From positions 1,618 to 65,617 of the forward strand of contig VBWE01000014.1 in the NCBI GenBank assembly GCA_006218065.1: a DNA stretch of 64,000 bases, given 5' to 3'. Source of the stretch: Bacteroidota bacterium (GTDB lineage Bacteria; Bacteroidota; Bacteroidia; Palsa-965). The position numbers were made by a program, and so were the translations under genes. Shown piece by piece: positions 9,298 through 18,898 of the stretch. Position 1 is the stretch's first letter. Each line of letters begins with the position of its first letter. The notes below the pieces were generated by a model that ran no database searches, was not told where the DNA came from, and saw nothing but the letters and a program-made list of their open reading frames with translations.

Positions 9298-11334
9298 ATG
9301 GCCAGAAAGCCGACCCGTAAAGAAAAACTTGCGCAGCAAAAACAGCAGCAGCAAACAGCCGCCCCCGCCGAAGCAAAACCGCAACCGCAGCAGCAGCGGA
9401 AAAAAAACAAAACCGCTCCGCAGAAAAGCAAGCTGCTTCGCGGACTCGGTATCCTTGTTTTTGCCTTCGCCTTTATCATTTACGCCAATACGCTCGGCCA
9501 CGAATATGCGCTCGACGATTACGGCGTGATCCTCGAAAACCAGGTTACCAAAAGCGGTTTCGACGGCATCGGTACCATTCTCAAAACCGGGTACCGCACC
9601 AGCCTCACTTCGGTGGATTATGAATTGTATCGCCCGCTTTCCAAAGTGATGTTTGCCATCGAGTGGGGCATGTCGCCGAACTCGCCCGGCCTGAGCCATT
9701 TCATGAACGTGGTCTTGTTCGCACTGTCCGGGCTTTTCCTGTTCCGCACACTTTGTTTGTACCTGCCTCAATCGCCGCTGGTTCCGTTTATCGCGGCCAT
9801 TATTTTCGTGGCGCATCCTATTCATACCGAAGTAGTGGCGAATATCAAAGGCCGTGATGATATTCTCTGTTTCCTGTTTTTTATCGGCACGGCGTTTTAC
9901 GTACACCGGTACACGGTTTCGCGATCCAATAAACACCTTATGCTCGCGGCTGTTTCATTTTTCCTTTCTTTCCTCTCCAAAGAATCAGCGATTACTTTCC
10001 TGGCGGTGATTCCACTGATGTTGTATTTTTTTACGGATGCGCCGAAAAAAATTTACGTTTCTTCGCTGGTTGCGCTCGGTATTACTACCGGAATTTTCCT
10101 GCTCATCCGGCACAGCATACTCTCGGGCGGTTACCAGCCCGTTCCGGCCATCGACAATTACCTGGCCGGCATCCGCGATTTCGTGACGCAGAAAACCACG
10201 GCCGTTTTCCTGATGGGCGTTTACCTGAAACAGCTCGTTGTTCCGTACCCGCTGATCAGCGACGGTTCGATAAAACATTTCGATGTGGCCGGTTTGGGCG
10301 ACTGGCAGTTCTGGGTGTCCATGTTGATTTACGCGGGACTTGCGGTTGTCGCTTTCCGGAAATTCCGCGCGAAAAATATTTACGCGTTCTGCATTCTTTA
10401 TTTCTTCGTCACAGCATCCATCATCTCGAACATTCCCTTCATCCTCGGAACGAATTATGGTGAACGTTTGCTTTTCGCACCATCGCTCGCCATCTGCATC
10501 GCCGCCGCCGCGGCCATCGCGCATTTCCTGCAGAAAACAGAACTGCCTTCTGCGGATACGGCCGTCGACTTCCTGAAAAAAACGATGAAACCCATGGCCG
10601 CTGCCGCGGTGATTGCACTGGTATTCGGTACGATGACCGCGATGCGCAACCCCGACTGGCATGATAACCGGACTTTATATACGAACGACCTGGAAAAAGC
10701 GCCGAACAGCGCCAAACTGCATTATTATTTCGGCAACCACATCACGCAGGAAGAAAATCTCGCGAAGCTGAGCCCGGAAGCGAAAAAACTGACCTACGAT
10801 ACCGCCATCAGCGAGTTCCGGAAATCGCTCGCCTGTTATCCTTTCTACACCGATCCTACCCAGAAGCTCGGGCAATCGTTTATGGAAATCGGGAAACTCG
10901 ATTCGTCGGAATTCTATTATAAGAAAGCGCTGAAACTCTTGCCCGGCAGCCCGACATTCCATAACAACTACGGCCGTATGCTTTTTTCGGCCGGGCGGGT
11001 AGAGGATGCGAAAAAAGAATTTGAACAGGCGATCAAATTCAATCCGAATTACGCGCATGCGGAAAACAACCTGGCCAGCGCGCTGGGAACGATCGCTTCG
11101 GGCAAATTCTCGCAGTCGCTCAAAGACAGCCTGAACCGGCAGGCGCTTCAAACGGAAGCGCGGACGCTTTTCGAAACCTCGCTTACCCATTCGCTCCGCG
11201 CCATCGCCATCGATCCCGGTTACGTGCAGGCTTACCAGACTACCGCGATCACCTACGGCAGTCTTGGCGACAAATCGAACCAGGAAAAATACAACGCGCT
11301 TGCGCAGCAGGCCCGGCAACAAACAGGACAGTGA
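9298..11334 (+). CDS. TMTC-like (DUF1736/PMT-2) polytopic membrane protein with a C-terminal TPR array and a Gln/Lys-rich N-terminus.
   Basis: YANTLGHEYALDD is a DUF1736 signature. The product has more than 9 TM helices followed by TPR repeats (YYKKALKLLPGSPTFHNNYGRML…). The stop overlaps the downstream ATG in an ATGA. Confidence 0.7.
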   Translation: MARKPTRKEKLAQQKQQQQTAAPAEAKPQPQQQRKKNKTAPQKSKLLRGLGILVFAFAFIIYANTLGHEYALDDYGVILENQVTKSGFDGIGTILKTGYRTSLTSVDYELYRPLSKVMFAIEWGMSPNSPGLSHFMNVVLFALSGLFLFRTLCLYLPQSPLVPFIAAIIFVAHPIHTEVVANIKGRDDILCFLFFIGTAFYVHRYTVSRSNKHLMLAAVSFFLSFLSKESAITFLAVIPLMLYFFTDAPKKIYVSSLVALGITTGIFLLIRHSILSGGYQPVPAIDNYLAGIRDFVTQKTTAVFLMGVYLKQLVVPYPLISDGSIKHFDVAGLGDWQFWVSMLIYAGLAVVAFRKFRAKNIYAFCILYFFVTASIISNIPFILGTNYGERLLFAPSLAICIAAAAAIAHFLQKTELPSADTAVDFLKKTMKPMAAAAVIALVFGTMTAMRNPDWHDNRTLYTNDLEKAPNSAKLHYYFGNHITQEENLAKLSPEAKKLTYDTAISEFRKSLACYPFYTDPTQKLGQSFMEIGKLDSSEFYYKKALKLLPGSPTFHNNYGRMLFSAGRVEDAKKEFEQAIKFNPNYAHAENNLASALGTIASGKFSQSLKDSLNRQALQTEARTLFETSLTHSLRAIAIDPGYVQAYQTTAITYGSLGDKSNQEKYNALAQQARQQTGQ

Positions 11335-12350
11335 TGCTCACCATCGACATTCATACGCATATCCTGCCCGAACAGATCCCGAACTGGAAAGAGAAATTCG
11401 GTTACGGCGGATTTATTCAGCTCGACCATCATAAATCCTGCTGCGCGCGCATGATCCGCGACGACGGAAAATTTTTCCGCGAAGTGGAAGACAATTGCTG
11501 GAGCGCGGAAAAACGGATGCAGGAATGCGATCATCACCATGTGCATGTGCAGGTGCTTTCCACGGTGCCCGTGATGTTCAGCTATTGGGCGAAGCCGCAG
11601 GACTGCCTCGAACTTTCGAAATTCCTGAACGATCATATCGCGGAAATCGTGCAGCGTTTCCCGAAACGTTTCATCGGCCTGGGTACTATTCCCATGCAGG
11701 ATGCGAAAATGGCGGTCGCCGAACTCGAACGCTGCAAAAAGATCGGGCTGAAGGGAATCCAGGTCGGCACGAACGTGAACCAGGAAAATTTGAATGAACC
11801 GAAATTCTTCGAAATTTTTGCGGCCTGCGAAAAACTGGACATGGCGGTTTTCATTCATCCCTGGGAGATGATGGGTGAGCAGCATATGCAGAAATACTGG
11901 CTTCCCTGGCTGGTGGGCATGCCTGCGGAAACTTCACGCGCGATCTGTTCGATGATTTTCGGCGGCGTATTTGAAAAACTGCCGAAACTTCGCGTGGCCT
12001 TCGCGCACGGAGGAGGATCGTTTCCATCGACAGTCGGACGCGTGCAGCACGGTTTCGATTGCCGCCCCGATCTTACCGCGATCGATAATAATGTTCCGCC
12101 GAAAAATTATATCAGCAAATTCTGGATCGACTCGCTGGTTCACGATCCGCACATGCTCGACTTCGTGGTGAACCAGTTCGGCGCGAACCGCGTAGCGCTC
12201 GGCAGTGATTATCCTTTCCCGCTCGGCGAAAATATTCCCGGTGAACTCATTAAAAGCATGAACTGGGACAATGCCAAAAAAGAACTGCTGCTCAGCGGTG
12301 CGGCGCTGGAATGGCTGGGGATGGAGAAACATTTTTTCCGGCAGGACTGA
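11331..12350 (+). CDS. 2-amino-3-carboxymuconate-6-semialdehyde decarboxylase (ACMSD, amidohydrolase-2 family).
   Basis: The translation aligns nearly residue-for-residue with animal ACMSD (IDIH.HILP…FGYGG..QL.HH…VQVLSTVPVMFSYWAKP…YWLPWLVGMPAETS.AICSMI.GGVFEK.PKL.V.FAHGGG.FP.TVGR). Confidence 0.9.
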   Translation: MMLTIDIHTHILPEQIPNWKEKFGYGGFIQLDHHKSCCARMIRDDGKFFREVEDNCWSAEKRMQECDHHHVHVQVLSTVPVMFSYWAKPQDCLELSKFLNDHIAEIVQRFPKRFIGLGTIPMQDAKMAVAELERCKKIGLKGIQVGTNVNQENLNEPKFFEIFAACEKLDMAVFIHPWEMMGEQHMQKYWLPWLVGMPAETSRAICSMIFGGVFEKLPKLRVAFAHGGGSFPSTVGRVQHGFDCRPDLTAIDNNVPPKNYISKFWIDSLVHDPHMLDFVVNQFGANRVALGSDYPFPLGENIPGELIKSMNWDNAKKELLLSGAALEWLGMEKHFFRQD

Positions 12351-12399
12351 TTTATAAAGTCCGAAATTTTTTTCGTTTTCCTCATAGATCATACTCCGA

Positions 12400-12615
12400 T
12401 TTGAAAATGAAACCAATTTGAAAATTTGAAAATTCCCTGCACGCAAGTCTGCCCCGGTAAAATGCTGATTGGATGGCATGTGTGCAGGGAATCTTCAAAT
12501 CGGGTCATTTTCAAATCGGAAAGTTCCCTGCACACAAATCTGCTCCGGCAAAACGCTGATTGGGCAGCATGTGTGCAGGGAATCTTCAAATCGGGTCATT
12601 TTCAAATCGGAAAAC
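12400..12615. repeat. Two tandem copies of an approximately 89 bp unit, each carrying an internal inverted repeat (TTCCCTGCAC…GTGCAGGGAA), plus a partial third copy upstream.
   Basis: Direct comparison of 12432-12519 with 12520-12610 shows more than 90 % identity. The units are contiguous, so this is not a CRISPR array. Confidence 0.8.
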
Positions 12616-12701
12616 AGACGAACTGCCGTGAATTACCTCCGCTTGTCCTATCTTAGCATAACATCTCATCCTGACCAGGTTCACCTCTCAAATCAAAAAC
12701 C

Positions 12702-15700
12702 ATGCGCCCGATATTTTTACTTGGTATGCTGCTCCCCGGTTCAGCTATGTTTGCTCAACCTTGTGCAACCGATGTTTCCGTTGGCAGTTCTTCAAACATG
12801 TTCACCAATGTCACCTGCGCCACGATGCCGGTAGCTGTGGACAAAGATCTGAACACGGTGCTGTTCGTGCATCGTAACAACGCCACGACTTTTGGCGGAA
12901 GTTCAGGAAACCTGAGATATGATGTATCGACTGATGGCGGAAATACCTGGACAACCAACCAGGGCGTACTGAATCCGCTGATGACTTTGCAGGCACGTTA
13001 TCCGCAGGCCGCGATTTATAATCCGTCCGGGAATACGAACCCCTCCAATGCATATCTCGGTTACCTGGCTCCGACAATTACCGGGTCTGCATTTACCGGT
13101 TATGTAAACGGTGTGCGCCAGCTGAACGGTACAGGCAATACCGAAAACTATAACCAGCTGCCTGCAACCGGGACCGGCGTTGCACGTTCCATGGTGAAAG
13201 GCGCCCCGGGTATTTTCTGGAGCATCGATGCGCAGTATTCCGGGACAGCCATCACCGGTTTCCGTATTTTTAAAGGAACATGGAACGGCAGCACCGATAT
13301 CGCCTGGGCAGTGAATAATACGCTGACACCCACATTCAATACGGCATACGACGGAACTTCCAAAGTGGGTGATTACAATATCGCGTTCGACCCGACCGGG
13401 CAGTTCGGCTGGATCAGTGTACTTACACATATTACGCCGGGACCTGCTTCGTATGCTTTCAGGCCGGTTTTCTGGCGCACGACCGATGGCGGTAACACCT
13501 GGAGCGGTCCGGACCAGGTTTCTCTTTCCCAGTTCAGCTGCATCGCTCCGAATATCACGGTAGGCAATACGGCTTCCACCAATTTCGAATCGGACCTGCT
13601 GGTGGATGTGAACGGTGAACCGCACCTGCTTACGACGATCTGCAACGGGAATAACGCGTATGCCGTTTTTTACGGAAGCTGGCATCACATGTATGATATT
13701 ACCAATACCGGCGGCGTCTGGAATGCTATGGATATCAGCAACGTGAATGCCGGGCGCGGAACCTGGGGCGTAACGCCGAATGCCGTTACGATGGATAACG
13801 CACCGCAGGCTACGCGCAGCGCCGACGGCACCAAACTTTTTTTCGGCTGGACCGATAATATTACCTATGCTGTAGGTGCACCGAACCAATCGCCCAATTT
13901 GTTTGTACGCGGGTACGATGTGAATACGCGCATGTGGACTACCGTTCGCGATGTTACTGCCTGCCAGCCTTTGCTTAACGGTACAGCGTTCTTTCCGAAA
14001 TTTGCAGAAGGCCTGCTCGAGCCGGTGCCCGGGCAATATAAAATCGCAGCGGTTACCGGTATTTTTACGTCCAGCGATCCTACGCTGATTGCCAATTTCC
14101 GGTTCCTGAACAGCATTCTTTTTTATGCCAACGATTTCACCATACCGCAACCGTCGGCGCCCGTAGCCATTGACCAGGGCAGCAGTTATATCAAATGTGC
14201 GGGTACTGCGGCTGCTTTATCGGTTACCGGAACATTCGACGACTTGCTTTGGAGTAACGATTCCACGACAAATAATATCAGCGTAAATAATCCGGGAATT
14301 TATACGATAACCGTTCGCTCGGGCTGTACGATCGGAAGAGATACGATCGATGTCATCCAGCTTGTTTCGGATACGGCAGGCGTTACACAAATATGCCTCG
14401 GCGATTCGACCACGCTCAGCGTTACAGGCAATGCACTTTCGTACCTGTGGAACCCGGGCAGCGTCCCGGGCAATACTTTCGGCGTATTGCCGGCGGTAAC
14501 TTCTACATATACGCTTTTGGCATCGGGAACCGGTGGCTGCGCCGATACAACTATAATTACCGTATCCGTTGATACCGCACGGGTATCAGTTCCGGCTTCC
14601 GCAACGATCTGCGCGGGCGATTCGGTTACGCTTACGGCAAGCGGCGTTGCAAGTTACTCCTGGCCGTCGCTCAGCCAAAGCACGGCTGCCGTTACGGTAA
14701 GCCCGTCCGGAAATACGACATACATCGTTGACGGCGTGAGCAGCACGGGTTGCGCTTCATCCGATACGATCAGCGTAATCGTAAACCCGTTGCCTGTACT
14801 TAGCTTGTCGCCTGCCACCATGTTCCTTTGCCCGGAAGATTCTGCAGTTGCCTGCCCGCTGCCCAACCTTCCCGGGGGCACGTACAGCGGAACGGGCGTG
14901 ACGGGAAATATGTTCGATCCGCAAATGACCGGACCGGGTACATTTACGATTACCTATACGTACACCGATTCGGTTACAGGCTGCACCAATTCATCTGCGG
15001 CGACGGTAACGGTACATTCCGCGCCGGTGGCGCAAATCACGGCAGCTGCGGGTTCGGTATGTGCAGGCAGTTCCGATACGCTTACAGCTTCCGGTATCCT
15101 GACTTATAACTGGATGCCGGGCAGCGATACCACACAAGCGATTGTCGTTTCACCTGCGGTGAGCACGACGTATTATGTTACCGGAGCAGACAGCAACGGT
15201 TGCACAGCGTCGGATTCCCTGCTGGTTACCGTAATGTCGCTTCCCGAGATTACGATAACAGCATCCGATACGCTGATCTGCACCGGCGATGCCGCAACCT
15301 TAAGTGCGCTCGGCGCTTTAAACTATACCTGGAATCCCGGGAACATCAGCAGCCAATCTGTGATCGTAAGTCCTGTGACATCTACGACATATACCGTGAG
15401 CGGTTCCGATTCACTCGGTTGCACGAGTGTGGACAGCGTGATGATTACCGTAGCGCCTTTGCCGACGGCGGTATTCAATAACCCGGTAACATTATGCGTG
15501 GACGATGCGCCGCTTACCATTACCGGCGGTTCACCGGTTGGCGGTACATATTTCGGATCCGGGGTAGCTGGTGGCGTATTCACGCCGTCTGTTGCCGGGG
15601 TCGGTTCGTTCTCAATCGGCTATGCCGTAGTGGACGGTAACGGTTGCACGGATACGGCGTACGTAGTTTATGCGGTAAATGCCTGTGTGGGAATTACGGA

Positions 15701-15965
15701 ATCAAATGCACTGGAGGTCATCGGAGTTTATCCGAATCCGAACCAGGGAATTTTCATGCTCAGCATATCCGCAGCCTTAACCGATGATCTCGTGATCGAT
15801 GTGCGCGATCTGCATGGACGTGCCATATTCAGCGAAACAGTACAGCAGAATCCTGCCGGTTTTGTAAAACAGATCGATCTCGGTCATTGCTCTTCGGGGA
15901 TTTATTATCTCGTGCTTCGTTCGGGAGCGGCGTACCGGGTGGAGAAGATCGTGATTCAGAAATAG
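12702..15965 (+). CDS. Secreted T9SS cargo protein with N-terminal BNR (sialidase-like) repeats, many Ig-like/PKD-like repeats and a type A T9SS C-terminal domain.
   Basis: The product has a signal peptide. STDGGNTW and TTDGGNTW are BNR motifs. There are at least 8 repeats of the form C.GDS.TL.ASG...Y.W.PG. The C-terminal ...VYPNPNQGIFMLS…GIYYLVLRS…VEKIVIQK is a T9SS tail. Confidence 0.8.
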   Translation: MRPIFLLGMLLPGSAMFAQPCATDVSVGSSSNMFTNVTCATMPVAVDKDLNTVLFVHRNNATTFGGSSGNLRYDVSTDGGNTWTTNQGVLNPLMTLQARYPQAAIYNPSGNTNPSNAYLGYLAPTITGSAFTGYVNGVRQLNGTGNTENYNQLPATGTGVARSMVKGAPGIFWSIDAQYSGTAITGFRIFKGTWNGSTDIAWAVNNTLTPTFNTAYDGTSKVGDYNIAFDPTGQFGWISVLTHITPGPASYAFRPVFWRTTDGGNTWSGPDQVSLSQFSCIAPNITVGNTASTNFESDLLVDVNGEPHLLTTICNGNNAYAVFYGSWHHMYDITNTGGVWNAMDISNVNAGRGTWGVTPNAVTMDNAPQATRSADGTKLFFGWTDNITYAVGAPNQSPNLFVRGYDVNTRMWTTVRDVTACQPLLNGTAFFPKFAEGLLEPVPGQYKIAAVTGIFTSSDPTLIANFRFLNSILFYANDFTIPQPSAPVAIDQGSSYIKCAGTAAALSVTGTFDDLLWSNDSTTNNISVNNPGIYTITVRSGCTIGRDTIDVIQLVSDTAGVTQICLGDSTTLSVTGNALSYLWNPGSVPGNTFGVLPAVTSTYTLLASGTGGCADTTIITVSVDTARVSVPASATICAGDSVTLTASGVASYSWPSLSQSTAAVTVSPSGNTTYIVDGVSSTGCASSDTISVIVNPLPVLSLSPATMFLCPEDSAVACPLPNLPGGTYSGTGVTGNMFDPQMTGPGTFTITYTYTDSVTGCTNSSAATVTVHSAPVAQITAAAGSVCAGSSDTLTASGILTYNWMPGSDTTQAIVVSPAVSTTYYVTGADSNGCTASDSLLVTVMSLPEITITASDTLICTGDAATLSALGALNYTWNPGNISSQSVIVSPVTSTTYTVSGSDSLGCTSVDSVMITVAPLPTAVFNNPVTLCVDDAPLTITGGSPVGGTYFGSGVAGGVFTPSVAGVGSFSIGYAVVDGNGCTDTAYVVYAVNACVGITESNALEVIGVYPNPNQGIFMLSISAALTDDLVIDVRDLHGRAIFSETVQQNPAGFVKQIDLGHCSSGIYYLVLRSGAAYRVEKIVIQK

Positions 15966-16113
15966 CGGGTTGACCTGTAAACGTTTTCACGTCCGCCGCA
16001 AATCACGTTTGCCGGCCTTTTGTAACTATCCGGCCAACGTTTTCGTCTTATGCGCGTCTTGGTCGAAAGCCGTTCTTCTTCGGGAGAACCGTACTTTTAC
16101 CGGACAGGTTGGC

Positions 16114-18786
16114 ATGAAACACGCATTACTCTCTTTTTTACTGTTACTGGTTTTCTCCACTGCCGAAGCGGGCGTGGTGAAGGGCGTTGTGCGTGATACC
16201 ACCGGGCAGCCTGTGCCCTATGTTGCGGTCCTGGTTAAAAACTCGACTATCGGCGTGAATACGAACCTGAACGGCGGGTATTTCCTCGAACTGAAACCGG
16301 GAACATATACGCTTGTTTTTTCACAGCTGGGATTGATAACGCAGGAGCATGAAGTGAAAATCGGCAGCGGAACGGTGACACTGGATGTGATACTGAAAAC
16401 AGCTTCGCAGGATATCGGTCTTGTCGAGATCAGCGCGAAAGGCGACCGCGACAAAGGAAAAGAAATCATGCGCAAAGTAATCGACAACCGGGATGATTAC
16501 CTGGACCGTGTGCAGAATTACCGGTGCCTCACGTACCAGAAATCGTCGCTGGAAAAAGTCCGTATCGAAAACGCGGAAAACGATTCGCTGGAAAAGGAAG
16601 AGGAAAAGCCGGAGGCGGATACGCTTACCAAAGCAGAAAAACGGAAAGAGAAAAGAAAAAAACTTCCTGCCGATACGACTTCACGTAAATACGCGCGGAA
16701 AAAAGAAAAGCAGGAAAAAGAAAAAAAGGAAGCAGCCCTGCATGTCAACGTGGATTACCTGATCCAGCAGCAGAACATGAACCTGATCGAATCGTACTCC
16801 GAAACGTATTTCCAGGCGCCGCGCACCTTCCGGGAAAATGTCATTGCACACCACGATTTCGCCGAACGCAAAAAAAGATTCAGCGGCGGCGGCATTTCGA
16901 AAACGGTGGAATACGGCGAACATGAAATAGCGCCGGTGCAGTACGCTTCCGAAAACCCGTACCTGCTGATCAGCGATGCGCAGGGCGCCGATTTTAATTT
17001 TTACCGCAACCTGCTCGATCTTCCCGCGCTCTCTTCCCGCCCGCTGCTTTCGCCCGCTGCCGCCACGGCCATGCTCAGTTACCGGTTCGAGTATATGGAG
17101 TCGTTTGTCGAAAACGGGAAAACGATTCACCGGATCAATGTGCTGCCACTGTTCAAATCGGATGCGCTTTTTGCAGGATCTATTTTCGTGCAGGACAGTA
17201 CCTGGGCCATCGTGTCGGTCAACCTGGCCATAAATCCTACGGTACTGCTGTACTGCAAAGAGTTCCGCGTCATCCTCCAGTACGAAGAAGTTTCGCCGCA
17301 GGTTTTTCTTCCCGTCCGCCGCGAATTCCTGTACACGATCAAGGAAGGAAAAAGCAATATCATCGGCAATATGCGCGTGGATCATACGGATTATCGCGTG
17401 AACGGTACGATTCCTCCGAAAACATTCACCAACGAAATAAAACGGTACGCCGACGATGCTTTCGACAAGGACAGCGCCTGGTGGGTGCAGCACCGCAGCA
17501 TCAGCCTCGAGGATAAAGAGATCGGGTACATTCACCGGGTCGATAGTCTCGTGACATATTACGACAGCCCGGAATATATTGCGCGGCAGGATTCAGCGTA
17601 CAATTCACTCGATGTGTGGAGTTTCCTGCTCAACGGCATCCAGCATCGCGACCGTGTAAAAGGATACAGCTTTTATATTTCCCCGCTTATCGAGCAGGCG
17701 GTTCCTTTCGGCGTGGGCGGTTACCGGCACAAGCTTGGCGGTACATTCAACAAAGATTTTCAAAACGATATGCTGCTCGAAACCGAAGGCCAGGTGGATT
17801 ACGGTTTCCTGAATAAAGACGTGCGCGGGAAAGCGGGCGTGGGACTGACCTATTACCCGCTGAAGTTCGTGCGGACTTTCGTGCGCTTCGGTGATTTTTA
17901 CGAAATGGTCAATTCGTACGCGTCGCTCGAATCGGTTTTCAGCCGGAGCAATTACGTGCGTTCGAAAGAATTCAGCGTGGCCCAGCGGATGGAGATCGTG
18001 AACGGGCTTTTCGGGGAACTGAGCCTGGAGCACAGCGACCAGCTACCGATTACGGGCATCAAGCTGGAACAATGGTCGAACCAGCTTTTCGGATCACTCA
18101 ACACGCCGTCGGATTTCGAACGCTATGTGAAATCGGAAATACGGCTGGAGCTGAAATACCGTTTCCGGCAGAAGTACGTGATCAAGCGGAAAAAGAAAAT
18201 CATCGTCGGTTCCAAATATCCCGAACTGCGCGCATTTTACCGGAAAGGCATACCGGGACTTCTGGGTAGTGAAGTGGATTTCGATTATTTCGAAATAGGA
18301 TCGACGGACGAAATGAAAATCGGGCGTTTCGGTACGAGCGGCTGGTCGGTGCTGGGCGGCATTTTTATAAACAAAAGCGATTTGCGTTTGCTCGAGCATA
18401 AATATTTCCGTGGCTCCGATTCTTTTATTTTCTCCGACCCGATGCGTTCATTCCAATTGCTGGGAACCACGCTGAGCACGGCGAATTCTTTTTTTCGCGT
18501 GAATTACATTCACCATTTCGAAGGCGCTTTCGGCAGCAAAATTCCCTTGTTCGGAAAACTGAAAATAACCGCGGCGGCCGGCGGCGGATTGTTGCTGATA
18601 CCCGACCAGGAATTCAGTCACGGTGAATTTTTTGCCGGCCTCGAACGTATCGTGCGCATTAAGAAACAATTATTCCGCTTCGGTGTTTTCGCTGCAACCG
18701 CGGACAACAACCTGCAGAAAGCCACGCTCACCTGGAAAATCGGGATCGGGTTTTATAATTCGTACACGAAGAAGTGGAGCTACTGA
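16114..18786 (+). CDS. CarboxypepD_reg-domain / DUF5686-family outer-membrane protein with a Lys/Glu-rich insert.
   Basis: MKHALLSFLLLLVFSTAEA is a signal peptide. GVVKGVVRDTTGQPVPYVAVLVKNSTIGVNTNLNGGYFLELKPGTYTLVFS is a CarbopepD_reg block, followed by a long beta-rich C-terminal region. The ORF is open from 15970, but the Met at 16114 gives the signal peptide. Confidence 0.7.
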   Translation: MKHALLSFLLLLVFSTAEAGVVKGVVRDTTGQPVPYVAVLVKNSTIGVNTNLNGGYFLELKPGTYTLVFSQLGLITQEHEVKIGSGTVTLDVILKTASQDIGLVEISAKGDRDKGKEIMRKVIDNRDDYLDRVQNYRCLTYQKSSLEKVRIENAENDSLEKEEEKPEADTLTKAEKRKEKRKKLPADTTSRKYARKKEKQEKEKKEAALHVNVDYLIQQQNMNLIESYSETYFQAPRTFRENVIAHHDFAERKKRFSGGGISKTVEYGEHEIAPVQYASENPYLLISDAQGADFNFYRNLLDLPALSSRPLLSPAAATAMLSYRFEYMESFVENGKTIHRINVLPLFKSDALFAGSIFVQDSTWAIVSVNLAINPTVLLYCKEFRVILQYEEVSPQVFLPVRREFLYTIKEGKSNIIGNMRVDHTDYRVNGTIPPKTFTNEIKRYADDAFDKDSAWWVQHRSISLEDKEIGYIHRVDSLVTYYDSPEYIARQDSAYNSLDVWSFLLNGIQHRDRVKGYSFYISPLIEQAVPFGVGGYRHKLGGTFNKDFQNDMLLETEGQVDYGFLNKDVRGKAGVGLTYYPLKFVRTFVRFGDFYEMVNSYASLESVFSRSNYVRSKEFSVAQRMEIVNGLFGELSLEHSDQLPITGIKLEQWSNQLFGSLNTPSDFERYVKSEIRLELKYRFRQKYVIKRKKKIIVGSKYPELRAFYRKGIPGLLGSEVDFDYFEIGSTDEMKIGRFGTSGWSVLGGIFINKSDLRLLEHKYFRGSDSFIFSDPMRSFQLLGTTLSTANSFFRVNYIHHFEGAFGSKIPLFGKLKITAAAGGGLLLIPDQEFSHGEFFAGLERIVRIKKQLFRFGVFAATADNNLQKATLTWKIGIGFYNSYTKKWSY

Positions 18787-18829
18787 TTCGTTTAAAACTA
18801 TCGTAGTAAAAGGTACTATTTTCGATTGC

Positions 18830-18895
18830 CGATTTTGGATTGGCGATTTTCTCCGCTTTATTCAATCGGCAATCCAAAATCGCCAATCGACAATC
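18830..18895. terminator. Long palindromic GATTGCCGATTTTGG-family element between convergent genes, a likely bidirectional terminator.
   Basis: TCGATTGCCGATTTTGGATTGGCGATTTT …AATCGGCAATCCAAAATCGCCAATCGA forms a stem of about 28 bp. Confidence 0.5.
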
Positions 18896-18898
18896 GGT

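Noticed and set aside
12400-12615. Possible CRISPR array
   Set aside because: The repeat units are directly abutting with no unique spacers. Each unit is itself a palindrome far longer than CRISPR repeats. No cas genes are nearby.
12903-14150. 415 aa antisense ORF within the BNR/T9SS gene. Similar antisense ORFs run 2480-3952, 4554-5861, 16681-17535, 21110-21736, 22091-22792, 33102-34424, 35336-35995, 36877-37533, 37612-38211, 38860-39801, 41386-42771, 50784-51857 and 53183-54109.
   Set aside because: All lie opposite CDSs that have clear family signatures. They are low-complexity, Arg-rich, and lack start context or motifs, so they are judged spurious.
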